Shown: positions 10,661 through 39,976 of the stretch, piece by piece
How the letters are laid out: the number at the start of each line of letters is the position of its first letter
Numbering within the stretch: position 1 is the stretch's first letter
Source: Chrysomallon squamiferum
Lineage: Eukaryota; Animalia; Mollusca
Direction of reading: 5' to 3'
Length of the DNA stretch: 64,000 nucleotides
Assembly (NCBI GenBank): GCA_012295275.1
Contig: CM022672.1
Location: forward strand, 4,836,001 to 4,900,000
Notes under the pieces: model-generated
The model's database searches: none
The model's input: only the letters and a program-made list of their open reading frames with translations
Told to the model about the DNA's origin: nothing
Made by a program: the position numbers and the translations under genes

Positions 10661-13600
10661 TAGGACGCGATGGTATGACGTCAAAGATAAAAAAAAAGTT
10701 AAAAAAAAAAGGTTTCGACCTTTGCAGCAATTTCTACTCAATAATAGACATCTATGTAAACGAGGCATTGATTAAATTTCATATTTCCCCAAATTACTTT
10801 TAATAATCCATGTAGAATTGATTGCATGCTGAAGGAATCTTGGATTTCGATCGAAAGTTTTGCGAAATATTTAAACTTTCAATTTCAATTATTTTAGGTC
10901 TGTTTTCTGAATTTTTTATGAGATAGACTGATACAAATAAGGATAGTTCTTCATATTGCCAAACCATGATGTCACTCGCCTTTTGTAGCTTCTTTTTCAA
11001 GTTAATAACATTTTTCAAACGGATTATTTTTGTGCAAATGCGTGCATACTTTGTAATAAACTAAAATTATAATTCGGTAAAAGATTAATGTATTGACTTT
11101 TCTAATTGGCAATATTCCCCGTGTCAGAACCCATTAAATTCTGTTGTATTAAAAACGTCATAACTTTAAATATTTATCAGAACAATATGAAGTAGCATTG
11201 CAAAGTTCATTTCAAGACCTTCCACCGATATCAACAAAACTGGAATCCTTTGAATTTGTCATATATGGTCTATGTATGATATCCAAGGAAGAAACCCGCT
11301 CTCACAAAATGATTGATTAGCTGCAAGAAATGATTCGTCTGCAGAAAAGCATGTCGTGACCTAGATAATATCATAATAAAATAATATAAAAATAAAAGCA
11401 TTTTAAAAAAAAAAAAAAAATTTTTTCATTTTTTTTTTTTTTTTTTTGTTATTATTATTTTTGTTTTTCTTCTACATATATATATACAAATTTGACAAAT
11501 ATCTGCACAATTCTTTCAGTGAACAATCCTTTGCTGTAAAAGCAGACAATTTCCACTCTACTTCGAAGGATAACATCATAATCTGAAAATAACTGTTCTC
11601 TGTTTTACATGCTGAATGTCTGTGGAACTTGGTATCAGTTCATCTATCCATTTGCAAAACGGTCTGTAATGTTAAAGAAGGCATCACCATTTATATAAAG
11701 TATGAACTTTTCACAGAGCAGTACTTTCCAGTGGCTTTTGAAAGTTCAGATGGGGCAAAGAGAGGTAATTACAGATAGACAGATAGATAGATACAGATTA
11801 TAGATGTAGATATTTCTGTGATGACTATCAGCCATCACAAACACACACATGCTCATATACACTTGTTCAGTATTTAGTATGAATTACTATATTGTATGTA
11901 TTTATTTCATATAAAGGATACTTTCATAGAATTATTGTTAGTGTTTATTATTTTTGTTATTATATGTATGTCTGTGTATGTGTGATGTATATACATAGAT
12001 ACAGACATAATAATAATAATAATAATAATAATCATATATGTAGAAATAAATATTTTAAAAAATATATAAATACACATTGTTCAGAATTCAAGATTTATAC
12101 TTGAATTAATAAATGAAACAACTTTTGAAGACAGTGAATTATATTAATTTGCTTTTGCATGTCTTTCAGAAAACGCCATTTGAACTAAAAAAAAAAGTTT
12201 TATATTTCTTTTTCTTGCCGTGCACAACTTCGTGTCGGACTGCTGCCTGTTCCTTTTCTGCAGTTTGCAACATAACCTGTGATGGATTTGTGTATTTGTG
12301 TAAGTATATTTACCCTGTACTGCTTAAGTAACTGAGAATATTTTATAACCTAATCTTCTCCTATTATCTGTTTTACGTATAATGATATAGCTTGTTTTAA
12401 CGCAGATTCTGTGAAAGAGATATTTGTAACTTTTTTGTTAATAACTTGCTAAAAAAAAAAAAAAAAAAAAATCAGAAGATAATTATTATTATTATTCTAT
12501 GATCTCCCAAATGGTGTCACAACATTAGTACAAATGGAGAAAAATTAAGATTCTGTTGTGTTTTTTTTTATTTTTTTTTTTATTTTTTTTTTGTTGTAAT
12601 AACCTGTAATAATGTGCTGGTTCCCAGGAATAAATCATTATTTTCCCCAATATCTTTATTCAGATATTTTAAAGATAACAAGACCAACAGGTGTAAATGT
12701 TGAAATTGTTTATAAACGATCTACTACTGATTTGTTATATAGGTAGTTAACGAAAATAGGAAACTAAGGATGTTTTGGACAATGTGACGCTAGGGATAGT
12801 GTATATGTATGTACATGCTGTACACACACAGAGATATGCTTTTATTTATTTAAGAAAATATTTGAAGTAAACTTACTTTTTTATTTTATTTTATTTATTT
12901 ATTTTTTTATTTATTTAATGCATAATACTACTTTTCTGTAGAAGACAGAGATAAGTACAATGGTGCCTTGACTTACGAGTTTAATTCGTTGTGTGACCGA
13001 GCTCGTAACTCAGATATGCTCGTATATCAAATCACTACTGCACAAAACGTGAAACAACACAAGAGAGATGCGACGCGGGATGCAGGCCAGATGTTGTGTT
13101 GTTCGTTGCGCCAAATAATGGCGACATATCTGAAGTTGGGGGCACTTGTAAGTCAAGATACCACTGTATTTGTCTTTTACGATCAGGTAAAACCTAACTC
13201 AAATTTAATTACATAATGTATTATTTTTATAAATACTCAGATTTTAATCTGCTGTTGTTTCTTTTTCTTCCAGAAAAATCTCAATGAATCACAAAATAGC
13301 ATGACGTTCCGTGATGCCTTGAAGTATATTTCTTAGTCTATGCTCCTGATTTGGGTCATCTTGCAGGTTCTACCAATGTGTGTCAGTATAACAAAATAAT
13401 TATATGAGAAATTTATCAGTTATCGTTGTGAACATAAGTATTTCTTGAATGATCCTGTTGTACTTTTTTATTAGAATTATGTTATATATATATCTGTTCT
13501 GTATTACATAAGCAAATCACTGTTTGCTTCGTGGGAAGCATCATCTGTAAATATACTGTGAATGTGAAAGAATGAGAATTTGAAGAGCCAGGAAACTGTA

Positions 13601-14671
13601 TTCAAAAAACCAAAATCAAATTAACAGTGCAATCACAAAGATGTCAAAATTAGTATCGCTGAAATACATGTTTCGTTATTATTATTGTTAGAAGTATTAT
13701 ATGTGGTAGAAGTATAGTATTAGGTAGTTGTAGTAGTGGTAGTATTAGCAGAAGCAGAGGCAGTAGTAGTAGTAGTGGTTTTAGTGATAATGTTTAAGAC
13801 AATTACACTAAGTAGCAACATTCGCGGTAGTAGTTTTATCATTTAATTTATATTTAGTTCATCATTCTATATGATAGAGAGTCACGGGGCCAAACACATA
13901 AGAGGTGTTAGACTTCAAGTGCTAACGACTCTATTAAAATATGGTTCGTTTCTTGTCTAGGGTTTGCGCCTTTGGTGGACCCGCTGACACTGTAATTAAG
14001 AAACTGACGGTTGATTATAACTGATACGTATATTTGCCTATGCTACAGATATACAATAACAAGTATCCACTATGAACACCAAAAAGAAAACACAATAATT
14101 TTCTGCAACCATACCATAAGGATCACTTGGTTTAAGATTCCTTTCATTTTCTGTTGTGCATTTACCTCTTAAATGCTTACCTGAATGTTTGTAGTCATTG
14201 TTTTCATTTCTGCTTTCTTCATGGTAGCTACAAATGCCATGAACATTACCCCGATTTGCCATCTTCAGTCTTTTTGTGGCTGTTCCTAGTGGACCATCTT
14301 CTTTGTACATGGACAGATTTTTTTTTTTCCAGTACAAACTGCCCGTAAATGTTGACCTATCTATCTGTAGTCCAAATTACATATATCACGCTTTTTTTTT
14401 TTTTTTCTCATTCGAAATGTTCTTTCCTCCACCGACATGAATGGCATTCTGCAACACAACAGAAATACGTTTATTCACAACCGAAAGGAAGTGGACAGAG
14501 GTGTTTACAGTGCTTCGCGGGCAGGCACTTTCTTGCCGATCAATTTTCTCATCAGCTATTGGTGTATGGGAGATAACTCCACGTAACATAACACGAAAGC
14601 AGTTATTCGAATAATAATAACGTACGTTTTTATTTTTTTAGTTAACAACGTTAACGTTAACACTGTAGTCG

Positions 14672-14711
<40 letters not shown>

Positions 14712-16672
14712 TATATATATATATATATATTCAATTATGAAAAAGAAGTATAATAAGAATTTTATTTTAAAAATAGAAATAAAAAATTATTTCAGTTTCC
14801 AAACAATTTATTTCGTTTCAAAAATGGCTACGAACAAAAACTAACGCACTCTCCCGGTGACATCATAAAATTATATCTCCCTTGTTTTTGTTTCAATAAA
14901 CATTGTAAACTAAAAATGTTAACCATAACACCATTTAGATACAACAGAAACTAGGACCAATAGGCGGCGATTGACTTTATCTTTAATCTGCTTGTTTCCA
15001 GTAATCTGACAATATCGGATTTTTAAAAGGTCATGCATTAGTGAAACCCTAGGAAAACTGATGCTTTCTTTTCTTTAACTGGACATAAATATCAGTGGTA
15101 TTAAAATGTTAACATGAGTAAATAATTCAAGTACTGTTAATTTGTTTACGAATTCTTTGTTTCAAAGCCTATAGAGATAATTCAAATAGCTTCAAGAATG
15201 TAAAAATAAAATAAAACAACCAGCATTGCCTCTGATGCTACTGATACCTGTAATACTACTACTACTAATCACCTACTGCTAATACTACTATCACAGGCAC
15301 TACTTCAGCTATTATTTTTTGTTGTCATTTCTTCTTCTTCTTCTCCCCCCTCCCCGTATGCAAGCAGTTATGGCATGGATCGGATTAAAGTCCGTAACAT
15401 CTTATTAACACAACTCTGCAGCGTTCGACTCGCTTAGAAAAAAAACTAAAACATATTTACTTTTCTTTTTCTGGACTAAGATTATTTCTTGAACATGAGT
15501 AAAATGCAATTTTTTAAAATTTTATTTGTTTTATTTTAAAGACGTTACAGAAGTGAATATGTAGAAAAAGGTCTTTAGTGGATAGTTTCTTGTTGAAATA
15601 AATAAATAAATGCGGTAATGCAAAGTCTTATTCGTTAAATTTCAATGCTTTTTTTTTTTTTTTTTTTTTTAATTTGCCTTTGTACTCACGCGATAGATTT
15701 ATTCTGCCATATAAGATTTATTTGTTGTAAATCATTACGCATTTTAGGAAGCAATAAGGCATGATCGAACAGGTTCTTGTAATGTTTGCAGCGCTAGTGT
15801 AATAGTAGCAGTATTAATAGTAATGATAGTAGCAGTGGTATTTACTCTTTTTATTAATATATATTTAGTTTTTTAATCCATCGAAAACAACTTCGATTCA
15901 TAATCATAATCAAAACAATTTCTTGTTCGTAACTGTTATCAAAACAATTTGTTGTAAATTCGGTTGTATAATTATTAACTGTTTTAATCTAGTTTCTTCA
16001 TTTTGTTGTTTACATATATATAAAATCCATAGTTTAGCCTGTGTAACCTTATGCAGTGAAATGTGATATACAGCGTCATTTTGAAATGTTTTTACAAATA
16101 TTCTTAAAGTTATATTAAAGTGATCTTCCTGACACATGGTGATAATTCAATCCCGTTTCCACTGTGTAAAACTAGAGAGCATAGTAATTTAGTAATATTA
16201 ATTTCATCATCATCATCATCATTATTATTATTATTATTAGTAGTAGTAGTAGTAGTAGTAGTAGGTGTAGCAGTAGTAGTATTAGTATTAGTATATGAAG
16301 TGTTGTGTCTATGCGTGCTTTCAAATAAGATCAGTATAGATCTGTTTGAAATTTGTGTTGTCTTCTGGGTTATGTGTTGTTTTAGATGCTGTAGAGAAAC
16401 TTCGACTGTACAACTTAAAATGATAATAAATATATATAACACGTTGTTGTCATTATTATTAGTTGTTGTAGTAGAAACAGTTGTAGTAGAGTGGTGGTAT
16501 AGTATCGGTAGATAGTTTATTATTTAATTTGTGTTCAGTTCATTAGTTCATGATCCAAATCAAACACATTTGACAAAAGAAAAAGCCATTTTACGTAGAA
16601 TAAATACGAAATAAAATTATAAAATACCATAAATTATTCCGACTTTCTGTGTGTGGTCATACGCTTTTGTCT

Positions 16673-16740
<68 letters not shown>

Positions 16741-18399
16741 TAGAGAGAGAGATGGTGTATAGCTAGCTTTACAAGAATATTTGAAACATGTTAACAGATA
16801 CAAAATAAACTATAGCTTGAGGAAACAGAAATTACAAGATAGGAACATCTTAGCCAATAACAGTATGAAAAGGAAATGTCAACAGAAATAAATGTGTTTA
16901 CAGGAGTATTTCTTTTCTTGCTGAAAAATGTGAGGATCTTGTACAATATAAGGTTTTGGGTACATATTTTGCATCAAGTACGTTTGAGTACAGTAAAATT
17001 AAAATCTTAGTTTAATTTGAGTTATTATTCTTCTTATTATTATTTATTCTTTTTTTTATTATTATTATTATTATTTTTTTTTTTTTTTTCCAGCGGATTT
17101 TAATCTACTCTTAGCGGTATCTTGGGTAACTAGGTTAGTTTACTGATAATCTTGATAATGATGCAAGAATGTGGTGAAACTAGATATGACTGTGCGTTGA
17201 CACACATACACACACACGACACGTAAATTGTATTTTAAAACGATTTTTGTTTTCAGTTTCTCCTGTGAAAATGTGGTCAGGTACGTTCTTCTAATTGTTT
17301 TTGGAAATTCGTATTGAATTATTGCGTTAAATAGTGCAGCTGAAATCTTTATTGATCAAAATTTCGATCGTGACTATTTTACTTATTGGTGTTAACTAAG
17401 CAAATAAATAAAAAATACATTAGTGACTTTTTTGTTTGTTTTATTCACTCAGTAATTTTTAGTGAAAGTGCGTTTAGTCGATATTTAAACATAATGAATT
17501 ACTTGGGATGAAAATACTAACAAAAACAACACTCAGCACGATAATGATATTACCTGAGAGAGACACCTTGCTGCTACTAAGCAATAGGCTACTATTATGA
17601 TGCGTGCGAGATTATAATGATATTCATGGTAACAAAACTCAAAGAATCAAAATACAAGATATATATATATGTATGTATGTATGTAAGTCAGTACTATTAG
17701 ATTTGATTAAGTAGTTTCTCTTTCTGCGTGTATGATGGTGTGTGCGCGTGTGTTTGTAAGTGTGAGTGCATGAATGTGTATGTCTGTATTTATGAATGTA
17801 CGTTTATATGAGTATGTAATATTATATATATCTATGTCTTTGTATTTATGTTATCTGTGTGTGGGAAGTGGTGCGTGCGTGCGAGTGTATGCATGTGTGA
17901 AAACCTACGTGCCTGTTCGCATGCGGACGTTGAAACTTAACTCGGCTAACAGAGTTAGATGTTTCAGAAAGTCAGCCACATTTTGTCAAGTCACCGTAAA
18001 CAATTTTCCTAACGCCTGATCTGATTTCGGCAATATTATTACCAAACGTCATACGAAGAAAAGACACAAAATGTCTAGATAAAAAGAAAAAGAATGAAAA
18101 ACGATAATACGATGAAGAAAAGAAGAAAAAAAAACAGATAAGAAGGAAACAGGATAGCAAGATTTTTATCAGCAAACATGCATCGACGTCATTTGACACT
18201 GAGAAAGCTCAAGAAAGAAAAATGAAAAACAGTCCGTTAGAAAAGGCACACAAAATACTGCAAAATAATATGCCTGTGTTGTGTTGAAAAAGGGGGGAAA
18301 AAAAAAAAAATGAAGTAGAAGAATGTAAGCTGCTATAAACATATTTACACGGTCGAAGGCTTGCAATCATTGAATATTCTCAAATGTCTACCTTGGATA

Positions 18400-18806
18400 A
18401 TAACTAGGAAAAAGAGGAAGTTCAGTGGTCTCTTAGAGAAAGTGTTTAGTGGCCAATACATTCTTAGTATTTTAGAGAATATAAAAATAAAAGATTAGTG
18501 GTCAGGTCACTACAGTGTTAGTGTTTACAGAATTATGTAAAAAAAATAAAAGTTTTGTTGTCAATATATAGAAAATTCATTAGATTAAAAAAGAGGGAGA
18601 GTCCGGTATTCTTACTGTTAGATAAAAGAGAAAATGTATAGTTAGTACGTTGTTAGTGTTAGTATTTTACAGAAACTTTTAGATCAGTGGTTCTCAACAT
18701 CTAAAAACATGTTTATGTCCCCCTCTGATATAACAACAAAGTGAGTTTTGTAAAAGTGTAATTACTGTAATGTAAAGTAGAAATCCTTTAATTAAACAAA
18801 ACTAAA

Positions 18807-18839
<33 letters not shown>

Positions 18840-19105
18840 AAAAAAAAAAAAAACTGCCTGATACACGATAACACGTGTAGACGAAGTGTGACAGGAAGTT
18901 TGGTCGTATGATATCACCTTTAAATTGTCCCCCCCGTGGTGGGATAGAAAAGATAGTTTAGTGTTCAGTACATTGTTAGTACTTTAGAGAACTCTTTAGA
19001 TAAAAGACATTTTTTTAGTGTATCAGAGAATTGGCCAGATACCCCAAAAAATTTAATAGTAAATACATATTTGTTAGTTTAGAGAATTAGATAAAAAATG
19101 AAAAG
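18400..19105. repeat. Degenerate AT-rich minisatellite (recurring TTAGATAAAA...TACATTGTTAGTATTTTAGAGAA units) interrupted by a foreign segment
   Basis: Related units recur at about 18450, 18500, 18650, 18965 and 19065. Confidence 0.5.
18685..18945 (+). mobile_element. Truncated hAT (Charlie-like) DNA transposon remnant
   Basis: Begins CAGTGGTTCTCAAC, a typical hAT-Charlie terminus, and interrupts the minisatellite. The matching right TIR is not seen. Confidence 0.4.
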
Positions 19106-19712
19106 TTATCACTCTCATGAGCTGGAGTAGGAATCGACAGCCAGATACGATATATATATATAACAAATTCGATCTGAGCAGGACAAAGCTGATATTTTTG
19201 GTCTGTAACTGGTTATTTCAATTATCCGGCAATCCTAAATACTACAAAAACAAAAGGATATTAACTAATTTATTTGTCTATTTTGGTAGGTACACGCGCA
19301 ATGATTTCCTTGTCACTTACAAAAACTATACGTCAAAACAAAATAATTCTTAAAATTCTCAACAGTTTATTTTTTTTTTTTTCTTTTAAAATCTGATCTT
19401 TTAAGTTACTTTCACTATATGGAAAAAAAAAAAAAAAAAACAATCTGAACGTGTCGGTACAGAATTTTGTCTTTTTGATTTTTTTCATTTTTTCAAATTC
19501 ATCTGAAACAGCACTTAAACATTGAAACAGTAACTGTGGTAAGGAGAGTCAGTACAACTGGTATTTGTTTGGCTGTTATCGAACTTCGTCATGTTATGCT
19601 TGTGTCTGCACGTACAGTCTTCATGTGCAGTTATTATCAGAAGTACAGAAAAAAAAAAAAAAGAACATTAGCAACAACAACAGCAGCAGCAATAACAACA
19701 ACAACAATAATA

Positions 19713-19757
<45 letters not shown>

Positions 19758-20998
19758 GTAATAAATAAATAAATTAATTAATTAATAAAAAAAAAAAAAT
19801 GGCACAGCCACCAATACATTTGTAATTAGTAAAATATTGTTTACCATGGGCGTTCTGTTGCGCATGTCTTCACATTAAGATAATGTATTTAAAGAAATGC
19901 AAACATTACCTTTCTCCTTTAATCGATTATTCATTTTCAAATCATTCCAAATTTATGGTATAGAGAGATATCCATTGAATAAAACCGTTATCTGTTGAAT
20001 GTTTAAATAAATCACAGTGTCAAGAGATTGGACAATGTGGACACAGCATTTATCAAAAAGTAAACGATCGGTGGAAAAGAGCTCCCCTGAGAAACATCTG
20101 CTGTGTTCTGCTTGTAAACGTTTTTAAAACCGCTTGAAATATTACTAATTAAGGTTGGTTCTTTTTGGCTAATTCTTTTTTGTTTTGTTTGTTTGTTTGT
20201 TTGTTTGTTTGTTGTTGTTGTTCTTAAATTTATTTATTTATTTATTTATTAAAATTTCTTCTTATTGTTATAGACTTAAAAGCTAATTAGTTTACGGCTA
20301 GTTATTAGCTGGGCCTTCATTAAGGCTTCAGAATAATAAAAAAAAAAAGTGAATTTTAATGAGTAAACAGTTTGTTGGAGTATACATTAAAAGCTATAAA
20401 ATGTAACTATCACGACCAATCTGAGATGGTTGAAAAATAAAAGGATACACGACATTCTTGGTTTTTAACCATTGGAAGCGAGGATAAATAAATTCTCTTC
20501 ATTTCCAGTTCTTGAACACCAACACAAAGCTGACCGTAACAGAAGCATTTACACAGACTTCCCACTTTTTTAAAGATATAAATATAATATTTAGTTTCCA
20601 GTAAATTTTTAGTCAAAGGATAAACCAAAAAAAAGACTGCTGTTTTTTCTTAGTCTTCTTAATTAGACTTTTCTTCCACCGAAAAGATTACGCCACTGGT
20701 CGAAAATAGATTAAAATGCGCACTATTGTAACATTATTCTTTTCAAATAATATTACGTTATCTACCAAATAAATAAATAAATAAATAAATAAATAAAATA
20801 AAATAAAGCTACGTTATTAAATTAATATAAATTATGCAAGGATATTATTGCTATTATTATAGCTACTAGCAGTACTGTTGTTATAACTGTTATCAAACGA
20901 GTTTGCACTGGTTGCAGACTTTTATACCCAGACTACGTTTCCAGCATCAATAATACAAGTACCGACTACAACAACAGCAACAACAACAACAACAAGGA

Positions 20999-21051
<53 letters not shown>

Positions 21052-21386
21052 TTGATGATAATGATTATGATGAGGTATTTTAGAACCATCCATTAAATGG
21101 CTAAACAGATATCTTAATTAAAAGTTTTCTTTCGATCTCTGTATAACACCAGTTTAATATTCGTCACTGGTTAACACATTCTTAACAGACATACTATGTC
21201 ACAGGAACAATACTTCTTGGCGCGATATCTCGCTTATTATCCATTCCTGCAAGACAACACCGCTATTAACATGTTTGATGCTTCTTAATAACTATTAAAA
21301 CGAAATGAGTTAAGGCATAATTAAGAAACATTCACGTTCATCTATTTGTAGCCTTTTTTTATTATTATTATTTGTCTCTCTTTCAG

Positions 21387-35691
<14,305 letters not shown>

Positions 35692-36875
35692 TTTTAATGT
35701 ATGCTTACAGAATATTAGATATTTATTACGTTGCTAGTGGAGGCAAAAACACAAACGGTTTTAAGATGTTGCAGTGTGAATTATTAAGTACTAAGGAAAA
35801 AAATAAGCAGAATCGTAATGAGTATTCATTCAAATCAGAGCCTAACAAATTTCTGACATAAACTGATGTGAAAGATAAACATATACACATAGGAAAGTAT
35901 TTCACTAAATTCATTATTTAGTATCTTTAAATAGAGTATTAGTAAATCATTAAATGGATAAAATAATGTCGCTGAAAACAAAACAAAAATAAAATAATAA
36001 TTAAGTACTGGAATTAATTTGAAAACTAAACATGTTTGAACGTTCGTAATGTAACGATATTTTAACTAAAAAGAAACGTACTGATTGTTGTAAGCCTCTG
36101 TGACAGATTCTCTTTTTAGACTGTTAACACATGTACTGAAATATTTTGCGAGCTATTAGGAAATTAGCAAAAAGTATAAATCTTTGCACTGGGAATACTG
36201 ATAATACTGCACTGGGAAACAATGAATGTTTTTGAGAATACGAGTTGTTGAAAGGTACATAGCTTTAAGTTAAAATGCTGCAGTGCTGTTCAACTATGTT
36301 GCAATAAGACTACTGAGAAACTTACTGCAGTGAAAAACGTCGTAAGCAAACACACTAAACACAGAAAACCAGGAAGTGGAATAAACAGATATTAACAGTT
36401 TTACAGCTTATTTCAACATTAAATGATAATATATTTTACGTGTTATAAACGAGTGACGCTCCACAGAAAACACAAATACAGTATTGATTGTATTATACTT
36501 TATAAGCATTACCTTTTGAAACTGTCTGCAAAAGAAACTTAAGGAACTACGCAACTAAAATCATAATTTTTGTTCTGATACAAATCTCGAGGCAACGTGT
36601 GTGCTTATATATACATTAGGATAATTTTTCCTGTTAGTTCAGTATTTAATTTTGCTATTCTGACATGTTCACATTAATTATTTTTTTCCATTTAGCGAAA
36701 GTAATTAATAGTAATATAGTTACATAGAATGATATACCAGCATATCTGTTTATCCATCAATCACTGTAAACAGTGGCTAAATATGATCACTAGATACATC
36801 TACATTCAGTCACTGATCAAAATTATTAGATTTTGGGACATAACTATTTTTGTTACGATAATTTAATATTTATTT

Positions 36876-36980
<105 letters not shown>

Positions 36981-37261
36981 CCTAGGTTTAGATATTAGAT
37001 TTATTCGAATGTTATGATAAAACTTAACATACTAACCAGTATATGTATGTGTATATGTATGTATGTATGTATGTATGTATATGGTGTTGGATAGTTTCAG
37101 TAGTAGTAATTACAACTATTTATATAAATATTATATTTTGTAAATGATTGTTAGAGTTAGTGAAAATGTGTATTTACGTAGCATCATACAGAAGGCTTTG
37201 CATCTTAGTCATAAAATCACATAATTAAGTAAGCTATCTATACCTAGGTTATTTTATAGTC

Positions 37262-37274
37262 TGACCTCTGACCT
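37262..37274 (-). promoter_or_regulatory. Perfect DR1 nuclear-receptor element (AGGTCA-G-AGGTCA on minus strand), copy 1
   Basis: TGACCTCTGACCT, ~175 bp upstream of TATATATATGCAAAT (TATA-like plus octamer, 37449-37463). Function untested. Confidence 0.4.
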
Positions 37275-37671
37275 GATTATCAGTGTCAGAATTTGAAACC
37301 TTTCATCACATTTTACACGTCAAAACAGATATGATGTGAAAATTACGTATGAGTAGCTTGTGGATATCAAATTGCTGTAATTTTTAAAGTGAATATCAAA
37401 AATAAACCTACTCTTTCTCTCGCTTGTCTTTATTGTGTTCTTGCGGTTTATATATATGCAAATGAGGTTTTGGTCGCCTTGTCCCGATGGAAAGTTATTT
37501 CAACAGGAGCTGCTGCTTCTGTTATATGTCGAATTTGCCTGCGTTTTGAATTGAGTAATTGTTGGGCTTTACAGTGGAAGAGCAAAGTGATCCACAAATA
37601 ATTTATTAATAATTAATTACATAATCTGGCTTAAAAAGTAAGTTAATTAGTGGTAATCACTAATAAACTAC

Positions 37672-37735
<64 letters not shown>

Positions 37736-38815
37736 AAGATCGCATATAAATGCATATTCTTCGTATATAGAAAAAGTTTAAAATAAAAGATAAACAGACA
37801 GAGACACAGACAGGTAGAGAGACACATAGCTATACTTAATCATTTTCCGGCATTTAAAGTTCTATCTACGTTATCGCAATTGTAGCGACTTAAGTCGCCC
37901 CATTCAGGATTTGCGACTGACATTATTAATGTCGAACACCTGTAGACGGTTGTTTTGTTTCAGTTATGCGATATTTACAATGGCTTTCATCGGACTGAGG
38001 TTGCGAAGTAGAATCAGCAGGTGCAAAACATGGTGCAGATCGTTTAAAACCTTGTTGTTGACCAGTTTCAGCTTGGGAGCGTCCGGCAGTCCCTTGTTGT
38101 GTTTCATTAAGACGTAACACTTGACGTTTTTTGGAATCTATATTTACCATTCTTTTTATGATAACTAAATAATGGAAATTTAACGTGACCAGGCGCAGTT
38201 TTATCTTCGGGATTTTTCTAAAAATCTAATATCATATGACATTTACTACGTTTTACGAATTCAAAAGTAGAATAACATCTAACAAACATGCAAGCGGATT
38301 GTTTTATCGGACCGTCTACTCCATGAAATGGTGCTAGACGTAATAGGTAGAGAGACAGATTTAGCTGTAGGTGTTTATTTGTAATAATTTATTCTCAGCT
38401 GATAGTGAAATCACTTGAGCGATGTAAAGAGTTTTGTATGCGTGTGTGGATGTATAATGTAAATTAAACACGAAAAACGCATCAACGATTTCAAACTAAC
38501 AAATTTACAATTACAGTTTTTATACGGACACTTTATGGAAGCTGTGTATAAATTAAAACGTGACCCGGTTAGTAGATCATAGTGTAAGAGGATATTGTGA
38601 CAGTCAAGTATTGAACTATTAGTATTACTTATCAAACTGAAATATTTCATGCGAGCAATCCGTTGATCATGGCTCGGTTCCAAGATGCTTTTTTTTTTTT
38701 TTTTTAAAGTTTATCCACTAAACCGCCTGGATGAACTAAAGCGGAACCAAAATGTCTAAACAGTTTCACATTAACTGTTGTAAGAATAATAACATTTACT
38801 GTGGCCACAGGTTTG

Positions 38816-38853
<38 letters not shown>

Positions 38854-38855
38854 TG

Positions 38856-38918
<63 letters not shown>

Positions 38919-39156
38919 AGCCTACTTTTCTTTGAATCGTGAAAAATTTGTTAACTGTATCAAAATTTCAAAAATCCTTTGATACGATATTTTATTACAA
39001 GTTTATTAAACCACCAACAAGCGACCTTAATGGAGTAAAATAATTCTACATGATCATATTTTATTTCTGTGGAATTTTACCTGCGTCTAAGCCAAAGTAA
39101 AGTGTAATGTTAGACAATCCTGTCAATCTGTTAACAACAATGAATTATTTTTTTTA

Positions 39157-39194
<38 letters not shown>

Positions 39195-39325
39195 TGATAC
39201 CCATTAATTCTATGAATATTATCTCTAGATAGACACGTAAATGCCAATATCCAGTTCATTGAGCTTTAGTCTATTATAGAAACGAGGATTAAATATACTA
39301 ATATATGACTGAACGATTTTTAGAC

Positions 39326-39381
<56 letters not shown>

Positions 39382-39823
39382 TGTGTGTGTGCGTCACGAT
39401 TTGTGCATGCTTCGGTACAAAGAACTCACAGATTTGACAATCTATGATCTGGAGAAATGATAGATCGAAGGGTGGCAAACAAGAACTGAAATGTAAAACC
39501 TCACTAAACCAAACACCTCACAGTATCGACCATTTGATCCTGCTTTACTATTTTGAGAAATTTTATTGTATAGTTCTATTTTTCCCTATGATTACATGTT
39601 ACTACACAAATAAGTAAATAAATAAATAAATATGTTTCGGACCAGATATTGTCTAATAATTAGTGTATTAAAATAGACACATGAGCTGTTATCAAAGATC
39701 ATTGGTCCTGGTGGATCAAAAATAAAATTACCATAAATGATTTTTTATTAATTTATTAGTATGAGTGTTGTTGTCGTATTTTTATTTATTTATTTATTTT
39801 TTTTGTCTGTGTGGGTATGTGAT

Positions 39824-39976
<153 letters not shown>

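Noticed and set aside
11285-11365. GAAACCCGCT...GATTAGCTGCAAG resembling a gastropod interspersed repeat
   Set aside because: Too short and degenerate to call without a repeat-library search.
14038-14589. Cluster of 60-99 aa ORFs in moderately complex sequence
   Set aside because: No recognisable domain or consistent splice structure; probably a decayed repeat.
8402-21386. Possible myosin motor exons upstream of CHS-A
   Set aside because: No myosin motifs (GESGAGKT, LEAFGNAKT, DIFGFE) in any ORF or frame I could read; very small exons cannot be fully excluded by eye.
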